33,098 nt of DNA, from positions 1-33,098 of the forward strand of contig KZ539113.1 of NCBI GenBank assembly GCA_000934665.2, in the 5' to 3' direction. Of this stretch, positions 22,101 to 31,504 are shown piece after piece (the first letter of the stretch is position 1; each line of letters starts with the position of its first letter). The notes beneath the pieces are model-generated. The model searched no databases, had not been told where the DNA came from, and saw nothing but the letters and a program-made list of their open reading frames with translations. A program made the position numbers and the translations under genes. The DNA is from Catajapyx aquilonaris. Taxonomy: Eukaryota.

Positions 22101-24339
22101 GACTGGCAGCAAAGTGCTTGGTAAAGAGGGAGGAAGTTCTCCGGAGAAGGGAAGCTTGCAGGACAAGGAGAGAGGTGAGACAGTCAATGTGATGATTGGA
22201 TGGAGGGAGGATTATACTGTGTATGAATGTGAGTTGACCGGCAATTTATGTGGAAGCCATGCCTTTAGAGTTATACAATTTATTCATTTGTAAGATGGAA
22301 CCTGTTATACTCGTGCATGGCTGGGATTATGTCAAGAAGGATGTGACAGGTAAAAATTTGAACAGTATACCCTCGTGCAAAGTTTCCTCTTCGCTGCCAC
22401 CCTCAATCTCAGATTCTGATACAATGAAGGTTGCTACTTTCTTCTACATGTGCTCTGTTGCATTAGAAGGCAATTTCTCATTGCTTCTGTTCTAAAAATG
22501 GTGGAATTACCAATTATACTGTACATCATCCCTAGCATAGTTGTGCAGTGTCTCTATGTAGTCAGTGTATTTTCCTATTAATGCTTCATATTAGTATTAC
22601 AATTGCATGGGAACTACTTCATGATGTAATGAAGGTAATGAAAGTACCTTTTTTTCTCAAGATGCAAAACCAGACAGCAAGAAGGAAGAGGATGCCAGGA
22701 AAGAAGAGGATGACAGTAAGAAGGATGACAAAAAAGCTGATGATTCCAAGAAGGGTGCAAGGACCAGGGGACGTGGACGTATGGAATCATCTCGTGGGAG
22801 TGCAAGTGGTGGCACTGGTAGTCGAGAAGCAAGGGAGGGTGGTGCTACTGGAGGGAACAATCGAGGTGGGCGTGGAAGCTACTCTGTATACCGTGGAGGG
22901 TGGAGCCGTGGTGAATATCGTGGTAGGAGGGGAGGACCTCGACTTCAGGTTGGTGGACGATGGGGTCGTAGAGATGATGAGAAGGAGGACACTGAGGAAG
23001 ATGGTGAGGAGGTGCCAAAGAGAGAAATGAGGAAGGAACGAGTGAGAGACGATCGTCGTCGTGATGAACGCAAGGATGACAAGAAGCGTAGTTCAAGTGG
23101 CACAGCACCAGCACCACCAACTGGATATGACCCTGGGATGAAGATGGTAGCAGCAGCTGTTGCAGCTGCCAAGGCTGCTGTTGCTGCAACAAGTGTAGCA
23201 GCCAATGCTGCAACATTTGTTCCTCGTGGCCAGCCATCAAGGCGGGGCCGTGGTGGGTTTCGCTCAAGGGGAACTGGACGACGAATGGATGGTTATGGTC
23301 CACCGTCAGGAAAGTCACCTTTTGGTGGCCCAGCTGATGATGAAGATGATGATCTTAAGGCAGTTCTTCCCATGGGTTTTGCAAAGGAGAAAGATGGCAA
23401 AGGCGATGATTTACTAGTACAGCCAGTGTCATCACTTGATAAAGGTGCAGCCAAGGCAAAGTCACCACCAAAAAAGCACATGCGATCTATCCCACCACGA
23501 TTGCAACGCCGCAATGAGTATGAAAATCCAGCTAGGGGTGTCCCGCCTATGCCTCAACGCCGGTCTGGCTCATCCAGAGGACGTGGTGGGTCAGCACTTC
23601 CAAAGCAGAATTCCTCAGACGTTGCAGATGAGTTGTGGGAGACAACATCTGAGAACAGTGAAGATGAGAAGGATGACAAGAAATCTCGTAAGAGTTTCTC
23701 CCGCCAGCGGCCAGGAGGTGACAGGGGCCGTGGGAAAACACAGGGGACTTCAAGAGCTCCAGGTGCTGAAAAGCGTACCCGCCAGGCTGTCAATGGCATT
23801 CAGTCAGATAAGGAGGCAACAGTGAACCGTGTTGATGAGATCAAGCTTACTGACCCAGCCGCTGTGCAACAAGCAATTTTAGATGCCAAACGAAAGGCAG
23901 CTGAAAAGGACGTGAAAGTTCTTGATGGGATTGATCTGAATAACTTTGCTGGTGTAGCCATTGTTGACGACCGCTTTGAGGTAGTCACCCCAGATGCTGA
24001 TGGGTTTCAGGAAGTAGGTTCCAAAAAATCTGGCAAGGAAAGGCGGGGAAGTCCCGAGGAAGGCCACCAATCACCAGCACCCTTGGCGCCTTCACCCACC
24101 CCAAAGAAGAAACCAGATGATCGCAAAATGGCATTAATATGCAACCCGCCCAGTTCCATTGGAATAATGCTGCCTGTCAGTGTTGGCAATCCTCCAGTCT
24201 CAATGGGCATGGGCATGATGCCACCGCCGCCACCCCTGATGGGAAACAGGGGTGGAACCAAAGCTCTGTTTGAGCGTACTCGACAGAACAAACTTCCACC
24301 ACGTCTGGCAAAGCAGCGTGAGAATAATCGTCTTCAGAA

Positions 24340-24370
<31 letters not shown>

Positions 24371-27300
24371 CAACAGCAACAACATCAACATCAACAACAG
24401 CAACACCACCAGCAGCAGCAGCAACAACAACACCACCACCAACATCATCACCACCACCCGCATCTCACCCAGTCGGATGTTGAGGAAATGAACAAGCTGA
24501 ACCAAAACATGAGCCTCTTTCAGGGAGTAGCACCACCTAATGCCTGGGACAAACCAATAGCAGCAGCACTGAGAGCAGGTAGTCCAGGTGCAAGGATGCA
24601 AGGCATGCCGCCATTGGGAGGAATCTCGGGGGAGTCAGACCAGCCAGGAGGTTCTCCTGGTAGCAGCCAAAGGAGCAGCCCTAATAATGATGCTCGGAGC
24701 AAGGTTGCCATGGAGGTCAGTTGAATTTTCTGCTCAATCTATGCAGTGCACGTGTACTATTTGCAGTTATGCTGATTGTACTATTAATTCCTTGTTATCA
24801 GACATGAATGTAATTGTATTCTTTATGTCAGCAGGTGAGAGAAGCAGCAGTGTTGGATGGCACCAATGCACCGGTGCAGACCATAATTTTTGAGAACACG
24901 AACTTCAAAAGCGGTCCACCAGAGGTTAAATCGAAGTTTGGAGAACAGTCCAAGCCGCAGAGGACTGACAGAGTTTCCAGTACGTTTTGTCAAAATCCTG
25001 ACAATTAAAATTAGGGGAAAATGTGGATGCCACATAATGTGATTAGGATGAATGTGTGCCTTATGGAGGACTGTGTGAAACTTTATGTATATCTTTGCAA
25101 CAGAATCCATTTTTAAAGTGATGTGTAACAGTCTTTTGTAATGTACAAGTGGTCTTTATCTTGCATTAACCCTCAGACAGTGACGTGCGAAATGTTCGCT
25201 CTCCGGTGACGTGGGCACTTTTTGTGACCAAGCCATATTTTTTGTTATATCTGGCGAATTATAGCACATTCGGGCTTCACTTTTGAGACAATCATAGCGT
25301 GATTCCTTCTACGACAAATAGCGTTTAGTTTACATTTTTTGAGAAAATAGTGCGATCAGAAAAAAATCGGAAAGAAAATCAGTCGGGGCCAACTCCCGGG
25401 GGTAGGGGGATTCCACCCCTTGGCGGCCTGGGATGCCACCGGGAGCCGCCAGACCGGATCTTGGTTAGGCCCCATTTACGCATTGCTGCCTAATTTATTT
25501 TTTCCTGGTCATGCTATTTGCTCAAAAAATTTAAACTAAACGTTATTCATCACAGAAATAGTCAAACGAAAATGTTCTCAAAGATGAATCTCGAATGTCC
25601 TAAATTTGCCAAGTTATAGCAAAAAAAGGGTCGTTGGTCACAAAACGTGCCCACGTCACCGTCCGAGGGTTAATAAAATATCTCTTGTGAGTTGTCAGTT
25701 AAAAATGGATTCTAATGCACTGCTATGCTTATTTACCATGCTTATGAAGGCCTACTTTCATATGCATGTGTGTAATCATCCAAAATAATTGGCCTTTGCG
25801 GAACATCATGACTGACCACAATTAGCAAGAGAAACTTGCTCATGAAGCATGCACCGTGATGCCATTACCCTATATTTTTCTAATATGACCAGTCAGTCAT
25901 TGCGTGGACCATATGGGATTTGCCCACTTCCCACTCCAGGCACTGGTATTTGTGCAAACTGGAGATAAAATTATAGGAAGGAATAGATATTTGCAGACTA
26001 TGTATATAGGAATGGACTGAAAAGGAAGTTTCAGAAATTGGAGATTACACGTAGTATAGGGCAAGGCCAATTAATGGATTCAACCACATGGGCCCATGCT
26101 TACAGCATAACCTGCCTCAAGTCTGCCACTCCTGCGCATCTCCTATAGGCAAGGGTTGCCCCTGAGATAGCTTACACTAATACGTGCCCTAACCCATAAT
26201 AATTATTCAGCCACCCCCCAAGAAATGGAGTGGTGGGGTTATAAGCAAGATGTGATTAAAAGTATCAATTAAGATTATCTGGACTTGAGAATGGATAATT
26301 ATGAATAGTAACAATAGAGCTAGGAGAATACCGAAGTGGAAGTTAATTTGACAGTTAACAACTGAAATACGATTATATCTTGGATGGTGAGTTTCTGTGG
26401 GACCTGATGAGAATTGCTGCCACTACGTTTATTTAATTTTTAGTGGGATGTGAATGTTTATAACCAAAAACTGGAATGAAATTAATTACAAAAAATGGAA
26501 TTTTTAAAAACATTTACAGCAAGTGGATTTTTTTCTGAAATTGATACACTTTGCTGTATCACATTTAACAGTGTTATTTATTAATAAATGAAAATGTGAT
26601 AGTATTGTTTATTTAGAGCTCAGTCCAATGTACTATGATAAAATATTTCGATTCAATTAATGTCAAATGGCTTTAAAAATTTCTTCATTCAAAATTGCAC
26701 AGAAAATTTCATATCTGCAAGCCACGATAAATGTTTTAAAATTTTGTGTTAGATTTTTTGTGATTAATTTCAATACAGTTTTTGGATATGTGTAGTCCCT
26801 GAGGTTCGTTATAAACATTCACATCCCACTAAAAAATAAATAAACATAGTGGCAGCAATTTTCATCAGGCCCCACAGAAACTCACCATCCAAGATATAAT
26901 CGTATTTCAGTTGTTAACTGTCAAATTAACTTCCACTTCGGTATTCTCCTAGCTCTATTGTTACTATTCATAATTATCCATTCTAAAGTCCAGATAATCT
27001 TAATTGATACTTTTAATCACACCTTGTTTGTAACCCCACCACTCCATTTCTTGGGGGTGGCAGAGTAATTATGGACTAGGGCAAGTAGGTGACCAGACCT
27101 TGGACCAGACACTATGGAAGTTGACCTTGAGGGCACAAATGGCCAAAGTTATTAGTGGCAATGCAGCGTTTATTGAAAATGCATGGCAGAAGTGTTGAGT
27201 GGCTAGATATTATTGAATTCATTACTGATGTAGGCACTAGCATTGGACTTTGTGTAGTTTTACTCATTAGATAATGGGAAATCTAAATATAGCATCTTTC

Positions 27301-29293
27301 ACAGAGGAAGGCCCTTGCTCCCGGGCCATCGCAGCTCCGTTTGGGAAGGACTCAGGTCGTGACCTCAAAGGTGGACCGGACAAGCATGATTCAATCCAGC
27401 TGCCCCTCAGCTTTTCCAAAGGCAGTGAGGATGGTCCTGACATGAAGCTCGATTTCACCTTTGATCCTGACCTGAACTTGGAAAAGGGTGGAGGTGCATC
27501 TGCCGCAATTGTTAGCAAGGGAGGAGGAATGCCTTCATTACCACGTCCTCTCCATATGGGAACTACTGCAGTGCAGTCTTCTATTTCACCATCAACAGCT
27601 GAGCTTAACCTGAAGATTGCTTCGGTCAAAAAAGTGTGGGAGAGCATTCCTGCCATGCCAACTGTACTAGAACACAATAGCGAGGATTCTGGAGTAGGGA
27701 CATCTGCTTCAGCTTCATCATTTCCAACTAGCTTTTCATCAGGCGTGGATTCACCTTTAGATTCAGCACCAAGCTTTGCAAAGCCATGTGGAGTCAGTGG
27801 GGGTTCTGGCGAGGAAGCATCTCCTGAAGTAGTGTATGGGTAAGTGATACTTCCTGTCAGTTTTGGCAGGAAGAAGACTAGTGTTCTTCATAGGTAACTG
27901 GGAAGCAATATGAAGTTAAGAGTCATGAGGGGAATGGCCCCAGCAGCATGCCACAATTATTGTGAAACAATGCTTTGGCTGGCCCATGTCGGGATGGACC
28001 CATACAAATTTAACTAAACAGTTTTCCAGAAAACCAGTTCCCATTTGGTAAGATTATTTTTCTTCCAAAATATGTTTTGTGACATTTTAAATTCTGTGAC
28101 ATAAACTCTTTGCATGTGAATACTTGGTTTTGTTCTGAGAGGTGTGCTTGAAAATACAAGTTTTGAAAAAATTGATCATCCAGTACTAGCCACTTGTGCA
28201 CTCTCATGTTAGCAGTTCCACCCAGCAGATAAAATTTATTGATGGTTACAGAAGCAGCTCGGGTGGTTACAGTAACACAAGTACATCTACCAGCATGAGC
28301 AAGAGTGATCCCACTTCTACATCTAGTAATGTATGCAAAGTAAGAATCTGAACTTGTGGTGTTTCAAAGGTCACATGAAAAGAATGTTTTAACATGATTT
28401 TTCTGAATTGTTAAAGGTGAAACCTCAGCAGCAGACAATGGTATCGACTGGCCCCTCACCAATTGGCCACTCGGGCCCCATGTCTCCACCACCATTCAAT
28501 GCTGCTGCAGCTGCCGGGCAGCAGCAGTCGAGCAGCCAGCACATAAGTTACCAGGCAGCCCCTCAGTTCGGGGGCCTCTCTGCTATCCCTTCCCCACCAA
28601 CCGTTCTGTACAACTCCTCTCAGCAGCTGCCTCCAGGCCAAGGAGGCCTGTACCAACCCTTTCAAATAGACAGCGCTCAGGCTGTGCTGGGAACCCAGAG
28701 AGCATCCCAATTCTCTCAGTATCCTGCATTTGGCCTTTCTCAGGGGCTGGGGCAGACCAGTGCCTTTAACCAGCAGTCCGTGTACCTGCAGACGCCCCAC
28801 CCCCCTCCTCCTAATGCTGCACCACCTCCCCCCGAACTGTACTCGTCCTCAATATCACAGTACAGGATACAGACTGCCGCAGGACCCTTTGGACAGTCAC
28901 CACACGTGACAAGCAACCCAAATACAGTTCTGATATCGTCAAGCACGTCTTCACTCATGTCAGCTGGGGTTAAAGCTTCATCTCAGAGTTATGCCCCACC
29001 TCAGTCGCAACAGATGGGAGCTATTGGTTCCAAGGCAGGTGGATCTCCATACCAGCAAAGTGGATTAGGAGGAGGGCTTACTTCAGCCCCTCCCCCACCT
29101 CCACCGCCGCCGCCACCACCTCCACAGCCCTCGCAACTTTTCATACAGTTTGACCCCAGCCAGACCACAGTGCTCAACATGAACCAGAGCTACCTCTCTG
29201 GTTCACAGCTAGTGCAGAGGGGGGCACCTCCAGTGCAGAACAGCGTGGTGCAGGCCATACAACCACCGACCTCATACTATTCAGGATCACCAG
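5068..29293 (+). CDS. PRRC2: PRRC2/BAT2-family protein (nocte homologue), spliced CDS, 3'-incomplete: join(5068..5151,12796..13964,15269..15548,16398..16952,18129..18543,18844..19238,21055..21381,21757..22174,22662..24715,24832..24979,27305..27839,28252..28339,28417..29293...)
   Basis: The spliced N-terminus [68 protein letters not shown]...DPTISLVPSGGTGW is the BAT2_N domain. Further family motifs: FQQEFPSL, RPIIKEEDL..GWA..DEIDYN|KKLAFSDDE, VWRERRRQQNEEVALAVERARQRREEEE, repeated LPPR(F/L), an RG-rich region and a Q/P/S-rich C-terminal region. All 12 introns between these exons are GT..AG and phase-matched. The last donor (G|GTAGTG, 29294) has no downstream exon recognisable in the window. 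Confidence 0.95.
6393..7420. mobile_element. Mariner-derived fold-back element: two inverted copies of the transposase 3' end (pseudogene)
   Basis: Arms at about 6395-6795 and 6870-7270 are reverse complements. They encode VILLHDNA...WEVLPHPPYSPDLA...GIKKLVWRWDKCV (mariner D,D34D C-terminus). The right end CTTACTTTCTGATCACTCCTCG|TA is a mariner TIR, and the left end starts TA|CGAGG. A 76-bp direct repeat lies at 7234-7309 and 7326-7401. Confidence 0.92.
7595..8870. mobile_element. Old non-autonomous DNA transposon, Kolobok-like (host of a nested MITE)
   Basis: About 60-bp imperfect TIRs (TTCAGTGATTTTGCATGTTGGGCTTC... at 7603-7655 vs 8810-8862). Right end CCT|TTAA; left flank is a degenerate GTAA. 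Confidence 0.65.
7693..8184. mobile_element. PIF/Harbinger (Tourist-like) MITE, nested
   Basis: 31-bp TIR GGGCCGGTTGCAC(CA/TG)GTCGCGGTATATGGAA, flanked by a TAA target duplication (7690-92, 8185-87). Confidence 0.88.
9223..9560 (-). mobile_element. tRNA-derived SINE, family B, full length
   Basis: 15-bp TSD ACTAATGACCTAGGG (9208-9222, 9561-9575). Minus strand has A box TGGCGCTGCGG, B box GGTTCCATCCC and a short (TTA)n tail. Confidence 0.85.
10903..11195. repeat. Degenerate AT-rich palindrome (old MITE-like fold-back)
   Basis: Arms of about 130 bp. CTGATTTAATT..GAATATCTACCTTGAGAA..AGACGAATTTGCTGAAAT pairs with ATTTCAGCAAATTTGTCT..TTCTCAATGTCGATATTC..AATTAAATCAG. Confidence 0.65.
11722..12556. 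mobile_element. MITE, Tc2/pogo-like (CCGTA termini), with subterminal GGCATGCCGGTATA repeats
   Basis: About 30-bp imperfect TIR GTATTAC(A/C)TC(T/A)CATAAAGC at 11724-11753 vs 12525-12554. Right end TACGG|TA. Confidence 0.7.
12073..12322. mobile_element. Unclassified small MITE nested in the previous element
   Basis: Inverted ends TCTGACGGTACAAGTTAAAACCTCGTATCT and AGATACAGGGTTTTGACTTGGGCCGTCAGA. Confidence 0.55.
12796..13964 (+). CDS. PRRC2: PRRC2 coding exon (BAT2_N core, P/Q-rich region)
   Basis: Acceptor CGCAG|GGC. Donor AA|GTTAGT (phase 2). Encodes [22 protein letters not shown] and FQQEFPSL. Confidence 0.95.
14136..15226. mobile_element. piggyBac-like non-autonomous element
   Basis: TTAA at 14132-35 and 15227-30. 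14-bp TIR CTCT(C/T)A(G/C)GGCGCCG (12/14 match). Confidence 0.72.
14400..14654. mobile_element. MITE with GAG...CTC termini (Sola-like), nested
   Basis: 33-bp near-perfect TIR GAGTCGTGGCGTTTCAAA(A/C)ATGGCTATCTTCAA. 4-bp flanks ACAT/ATAT. The superfamily assignment is tentative. Confidence 0.78.
15269..15548 (+). CDS. PRRC2: PRRC2 coding exon
   Basis: Acceptor TTTTGCAG|C completes AAC, giving DYNKKLAFSDDE. Donor CAG|GTGAGT. Confidence 0.93.
15589..15655 (+). ncRNA. Intronic C/D-box snoRNA, copy 1 (predicted 28S rRNA 2'-O-methylation guide)
   Basis: C box ATGATGT 15594-15600, guide CCGTGTTTCA 15608-15617, D' CTGA 15619-22, C' GTGATTA 15629-35, D CTGA 15648-51. Extended flanking stem pairs 15571-15592 with 15652-15671. 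A paralogue sits in the next intron. Confidence 0.82.
15682..16141 (+). mobile_element. tRNA-derived SINE, family A, with (AAT)n tail
   Basis: 13-bp TSD TATACTGTATATT (15669-81, 16142-54). B box GGTTCAAGTCC. The A-box region is shortened relative to the 1967-2154 copy. (AAT)n tail at 16092-16141. Confidence 0.88.
16398..16952 (+). CDS. PRRC2: PRRC2 coding exon (coiled-coil, internally duplicated)
   Basis: Acceptor CCAG|ATG. Donor CAG|GTAAAT. Contains AVERARQRREEEEKRFE...AAKKLQKLEEK. Confidence 0.9.
17003..17074 (+). ncRNA. Intronic C/D-box snoRNA, copy 2 (predicted 28S rRNA 2'-O-methylation guide)
   Basis: Perfect terminal stem GGCAGC (17003-08) / GCTGCC (17069-74). C box ATGATGT 17010-16, guide CCGTGTTTCA 17026-35, D' CTGA 17037-40, C' TTGATTA 17047-53, D CTGA 17065-68. 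Confidence 0.85.
17168..17800. mobile_element. Mariner-derived fold-back element with a transposase remnant in the spacer
   Basis: Inverted arms of about 190 bp (17176-17366 vs 17598-17792). The spacer encodes FVPKL (17413-27) and DPDFLNTVMTGDNLWV (17481-17528), the mariner linker and first catalytic-D motifs. Confidence 0.85.
18129..18543 (+). CDS. PRRC2: PRRC2 coding exon (RE/RD repeats, NLPPRFQK motif)
   Basis: Acceptor TTCCAG|GCG. Donor G|GTTAGT (phase 1). Confidence 0.9.
18844..19238 (+). CDS. PRRC2: PRRC2 coding exon
   Basis: Acceptor TTTACAG|GA (phase 1 match). Donor GTG|GTAAGT. Low-complexity charged ORF. Confidence 0.87.
19532..19770. mobile_element. hAT (Charlie-like) MITE with an internal 73-bp tandem duplication
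   Basis: TIR CAGGGGTTCTTAACCT / AGGTTAAGAACTGCTG. 8-bp TSD CTTTAAAG (19524-31, 19771-78). Exact repeat units at 19559-19631 and 19632-19704. Confidence 0.9.
19777..20584. mobile_element. Kolobok-like non-autonomous element
   Basis: TTAA|AGGGACAGTCCA(C/G)TATTGAGACA(A/T)GTTGGTCTCTAAAAAT... TIRs of about 70 bp. Right end CCCT|TTAA (20585-88). Confidence 0.83.
21055..21381 (+). CDS. PRRC2: PRRC2 coding exon (RPQRPDSRDSR motif); alternative in-frame starts at 21067 and 21070
   Basis: Acceptors TAG (21052-54), CAG (21064-66) and CAG (21067-69) are all in frame. Donor AAG|GTAAAC. Confidence 0.87.
21497..21516. other. Assembly gap (20 N) next to a G run
   Basis: N run in the sequence. A single N also occurs at 2891, within a G run. 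Confidence 0.99.
21757..22174 (+). CDS. PRRC2: PRRC2 coding exon (PGPITREKLE motif)
   Basis: Acceptor TTTTCAACAG|CGT. Donor G|GTGAGA (phase 1). Confidence 0.88.
22662..24715 (+). CDS. PRRC2: PRRC2 large coding exon (RG-rich, FVPRGQPSRRGRGG, ELWETTSE, poly-Q/H)
   Basis: Acceptor TTTTCTCAAG|AT (phase 1 match), in frame with the 647-aa ORF. Donor GAG|GTCAGT. Confidence 0.92.
24341..24457 (+). repeat. Coding CAG/CAA/CAC(T) trinucleotide tract (poly-Q then Q/H)
   Basis: (CAG)7 followed by mixed CAA/CAG/CAT/CAC codons, translating to poly-Q...HHHQHHHHH. Confidence 0.95.
24832..24979 (+). CDS. PRRC2: PRRC2 coding exon (PVQTIIFENTNFK motif)
   Basis: Tandem acceptor CAG|CAG|. Donor A|GTACGT (phase 1), matching the next exon. 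Confidence 0.87.
25170..25669. mobile_element. piggyBac-like MITE
   Basis: TTAA TSD (25166-69, 25670-73). TIR CCCTC(A/G)GAC(A/G)GTGACGTG, plus a subterminal inverted repeat CGGTGACGTGGGCAC.TTTTGTGACCAA. Confidence 0.88.
26183..27085. mobile_element. TA-flanked fold-back element with about 280-bp near-perfect arms
   Basis: 26183-26464 is the reverse complement of 26808-27085, including a perfect run of about 114 bp from 26288. TA on both flanks. AT-rich spacer. Confidence 0.88.
27305..27839 (+). CDS. PRRC2: PRRC2 coding exon (DMKLDFTFD; LNLKIASVKKVWE)
   Basis: Acceptor TTTCACAG|AG (phase 1). Donor GG|GTAAGT (phase 2). Confidence 0.9.
28252..28339 (+). CDS. PRRC2: PRRC2 short coding exon (SSSGGYSNTSTSTSMSKSDPTSTSSNVCK)
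   Basis: Acceptor TTACAG|A (phase 2 match). Donor AAA|GTAAGA. Joins to VKPQQQ to give NVCKVKPQQQ. Absent from the ORF track. Confidence 0.88.
28417..29293 (+). CDS. PRRC2: PRRC2 coding exon (Q/P/S-rich, AIPSPPTVLYNS, poly-P)
   Basis: Acceptor TTAAAG|GTG. Donor CAG|GTAGTG (phase 1). The gene continues beyond the window. Confidence 0.9.
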
Positions 29294-29384
29294 GTAGTGT
29301 AACTGACTTGGTGCTCACAAAAATAGTGCATAGTTTGTGACAGTAAAGGTGCATTATTAATAGGAAAGGAAATGTCAGTCAGAA

Positions 29385-29996
29385 TCTAATATATATAAAG
29401 CCCCACGCCGAGGATATAGGATATAGGATATAGGATGGAAAAGATTTCGCACTTCCCGAGGTCGTAGAGCTGTGGTCGAAATTCCGTTGGATTCCTTGCG
29501 GTCGATATACATTGTCCAAAAATCCTCAAAATGCCAAAATTCCCAGCCGTTTTCGAGATGGCAAAAAGTCGACTTTTGCCCACTCCACAAGGAACATCTG
29601 TTTGTCGTTAAGCCGGGAAAGAACAATGGCCCATTCACCCTCATCTCCCGGTACCTCTCAGCTCACATATGGTTACACCCCCTCCCCCTGGCCCCCACCC
29701 CACTTTTCCTTTTTTCAGCATATACGTCAGCTAGGGCGCATTCTCATACCGTCATACCTTTGTGGACCGTGACGTCACGGGTTCTGTAAACGGATGGATT
29801 TCTGTAACCGGATGGATTAGGCGGAAAATAGGTCACTCCGTTGACGACGAACTCCAGGTTATTATTTCCAGCTCTCTAGCGGTGCTGGGTACGCCCGGGC
29901 GGGAACGCGTAGCGCCGAAGGCGCGCCAATTGGGGCGCAGCCCCAAGGGGGGGTGTGGGGGGGCAGAGCCCCCCCGCCTCGCAAAGCGAGTTCTAA
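29385..29996 (+). mobile_element. Non-autonomous Helitron-like element
   Basis: A|TCTAATATATATAAAG 5' end, (AGGATAT)n microsatellite at 29411-36, GC hairpins GGGGGG-CAGAG-CCCCCC and CTCGC-AAA-GCGAG near the end, and 3' CTAA|T (CTRR). No TSD. Confidence 0.72.
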
Positions 29997-31504
29997 TAAT
30001 ACAACTGGATGTAACAGTTTATTCAAGCTGGGTCTTTGCAATTTAGATACAAATAAATGGGGTTGTAATGAGCTGCAACGGGATTGTGCATTGCATATAA
30101 AGTGATAGTCCAGTGACTATCACCTGCACACATTTTTGAATCAGATTCCAAGAGCATTTATAAAATACAATTGGAGTGGTGGTGGTAATGGAGTGCAAAT
30201 CTGCCCGTTCACTTTGGTTGAAATGCTGAAAAATACCCGACCAAGTTAAGGAGACATACAGGGAATTTAATCATGACCACTTGACAACCATGTGCTCCAG
30301 AAAGTGGAAATAAGATGTTGCAGTTGTTTCTGGCACAAATCCTTTGGTAACTTTGTGTGTTTTGAAACCAAGTGCTAAAACTTGGTTTTGTTTGCAAAAT
30401 GTTCAAATCCTCACTTTCTGGCAGTGGTTCTCAATGTGAAATCAAATGCCCACCATTGGGCAATTAACTGCTGAAAAGTTCAGTTTTTATTTTGGTGTTT
30501 TCTTTGCAAATAACAATGTGCTTATGGGAATAGTGGCTCATGCAGGCAGCAGGTTGCAGTCCAAACAGTTGGAGCAAAATGGCTATATCCTTCTCAGACC
30601 TGGTGTCGACATCTGTCAACATCTGCAAAAAAAAATTTGGCGCCAACAGAACTGTAATCTGTTGGTATCCCATGATTACAATCTGGCCTCAATAGGTGTA
30701 GCCACCTAGTGTCGAATATCTGACTTTGGCCGCGGAAATTAAATCACTGATGAAAATGGCGGATTCTGCTGCTGAAGCTAGACGCTCATCTGTGAAGTTT
30801 TTATTTTTTTACTCGTATTTAGACTGCAATTTTCGCAATGCAGTGAATGTCCTGGGATTCGCAACGAATTTGTATGAAGACATACGAAAAGATGTGTCTG
30901 TGACAATCTTTGTTGTTATATCTAGAGAACTGGTAATTTTCTTTTCTTCGTGAGACCAAATGCCCATTTAAATGGACATCCAAAATTATTTTTATTAGCT
31001 GAATGGGCTGTGGCTTTTCTTTAAGTGCCTGTACCTGTAGACCCATAAGGAAGTGTGCTTTGCACTGTACAGTTCAGTTTTAAAATCTAGAATAGCGAGG
31101 TACCAAGCTAAGGGGTAAGAAGGGAAGGAGCAAGACCCATGCCTGGAGTGGTGGCATTCAAAAATAATTTCATTTATCTTTGTCTTCTGAGAGAAATTGC
31201 TACCATGAATTCCGCAAATGAATTTAAAAAACATTGTTTTGAGGATAGAGCTCAATGTTAGTGATCCATTAAGTGGGATTTAAATTTTCAGCTTTCATCA
31301 GTTCTGCTGTTGTAGCAGCAATTGGGTCCTAAGGTTCTCGTTGCTTGTTTGTCACTATTTTTGTCGATATTTTTAAACTAAATTATTTTTCTCGTTTCTT
31401 ATTGGGAAAATGTTCAGAAGTAAGTAAGTGTTTTATTCTGCTCGGGAAATTCCCATGTACAGGGGAAAGCACCCTGATAGTATAGTACCTTCGTTACAGA
31501 TATA

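Noticed and set aside
12705..24711. Antisense and alternative-frame ORFs over the exons (e.g. 12915-13697, 13202-13738, 22845-23318, 24200-24601)
   Set aside because: Shadows of low-complexity, GC-rich PRRC2 codons, with no independent splice or domain evidence.
27850..27873. 10-bp hairpin CTTCCTGTCA-GTTT-TGGCAGGAAG 10 nt after a donor
   Set aside because: A single short stem could arise by chance in 33 kb, and there is no supporting evidence.
29294..30057. Read-through to TGA at 29338-40 with AATAAA at about 30052 as the gene's 3' end
   Set aside because: A usable donor lies at 29294, composition changes abruptly after it, and the following sequence is transposon-filled like the other introns. 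A downstream exon outside the window is more likely.
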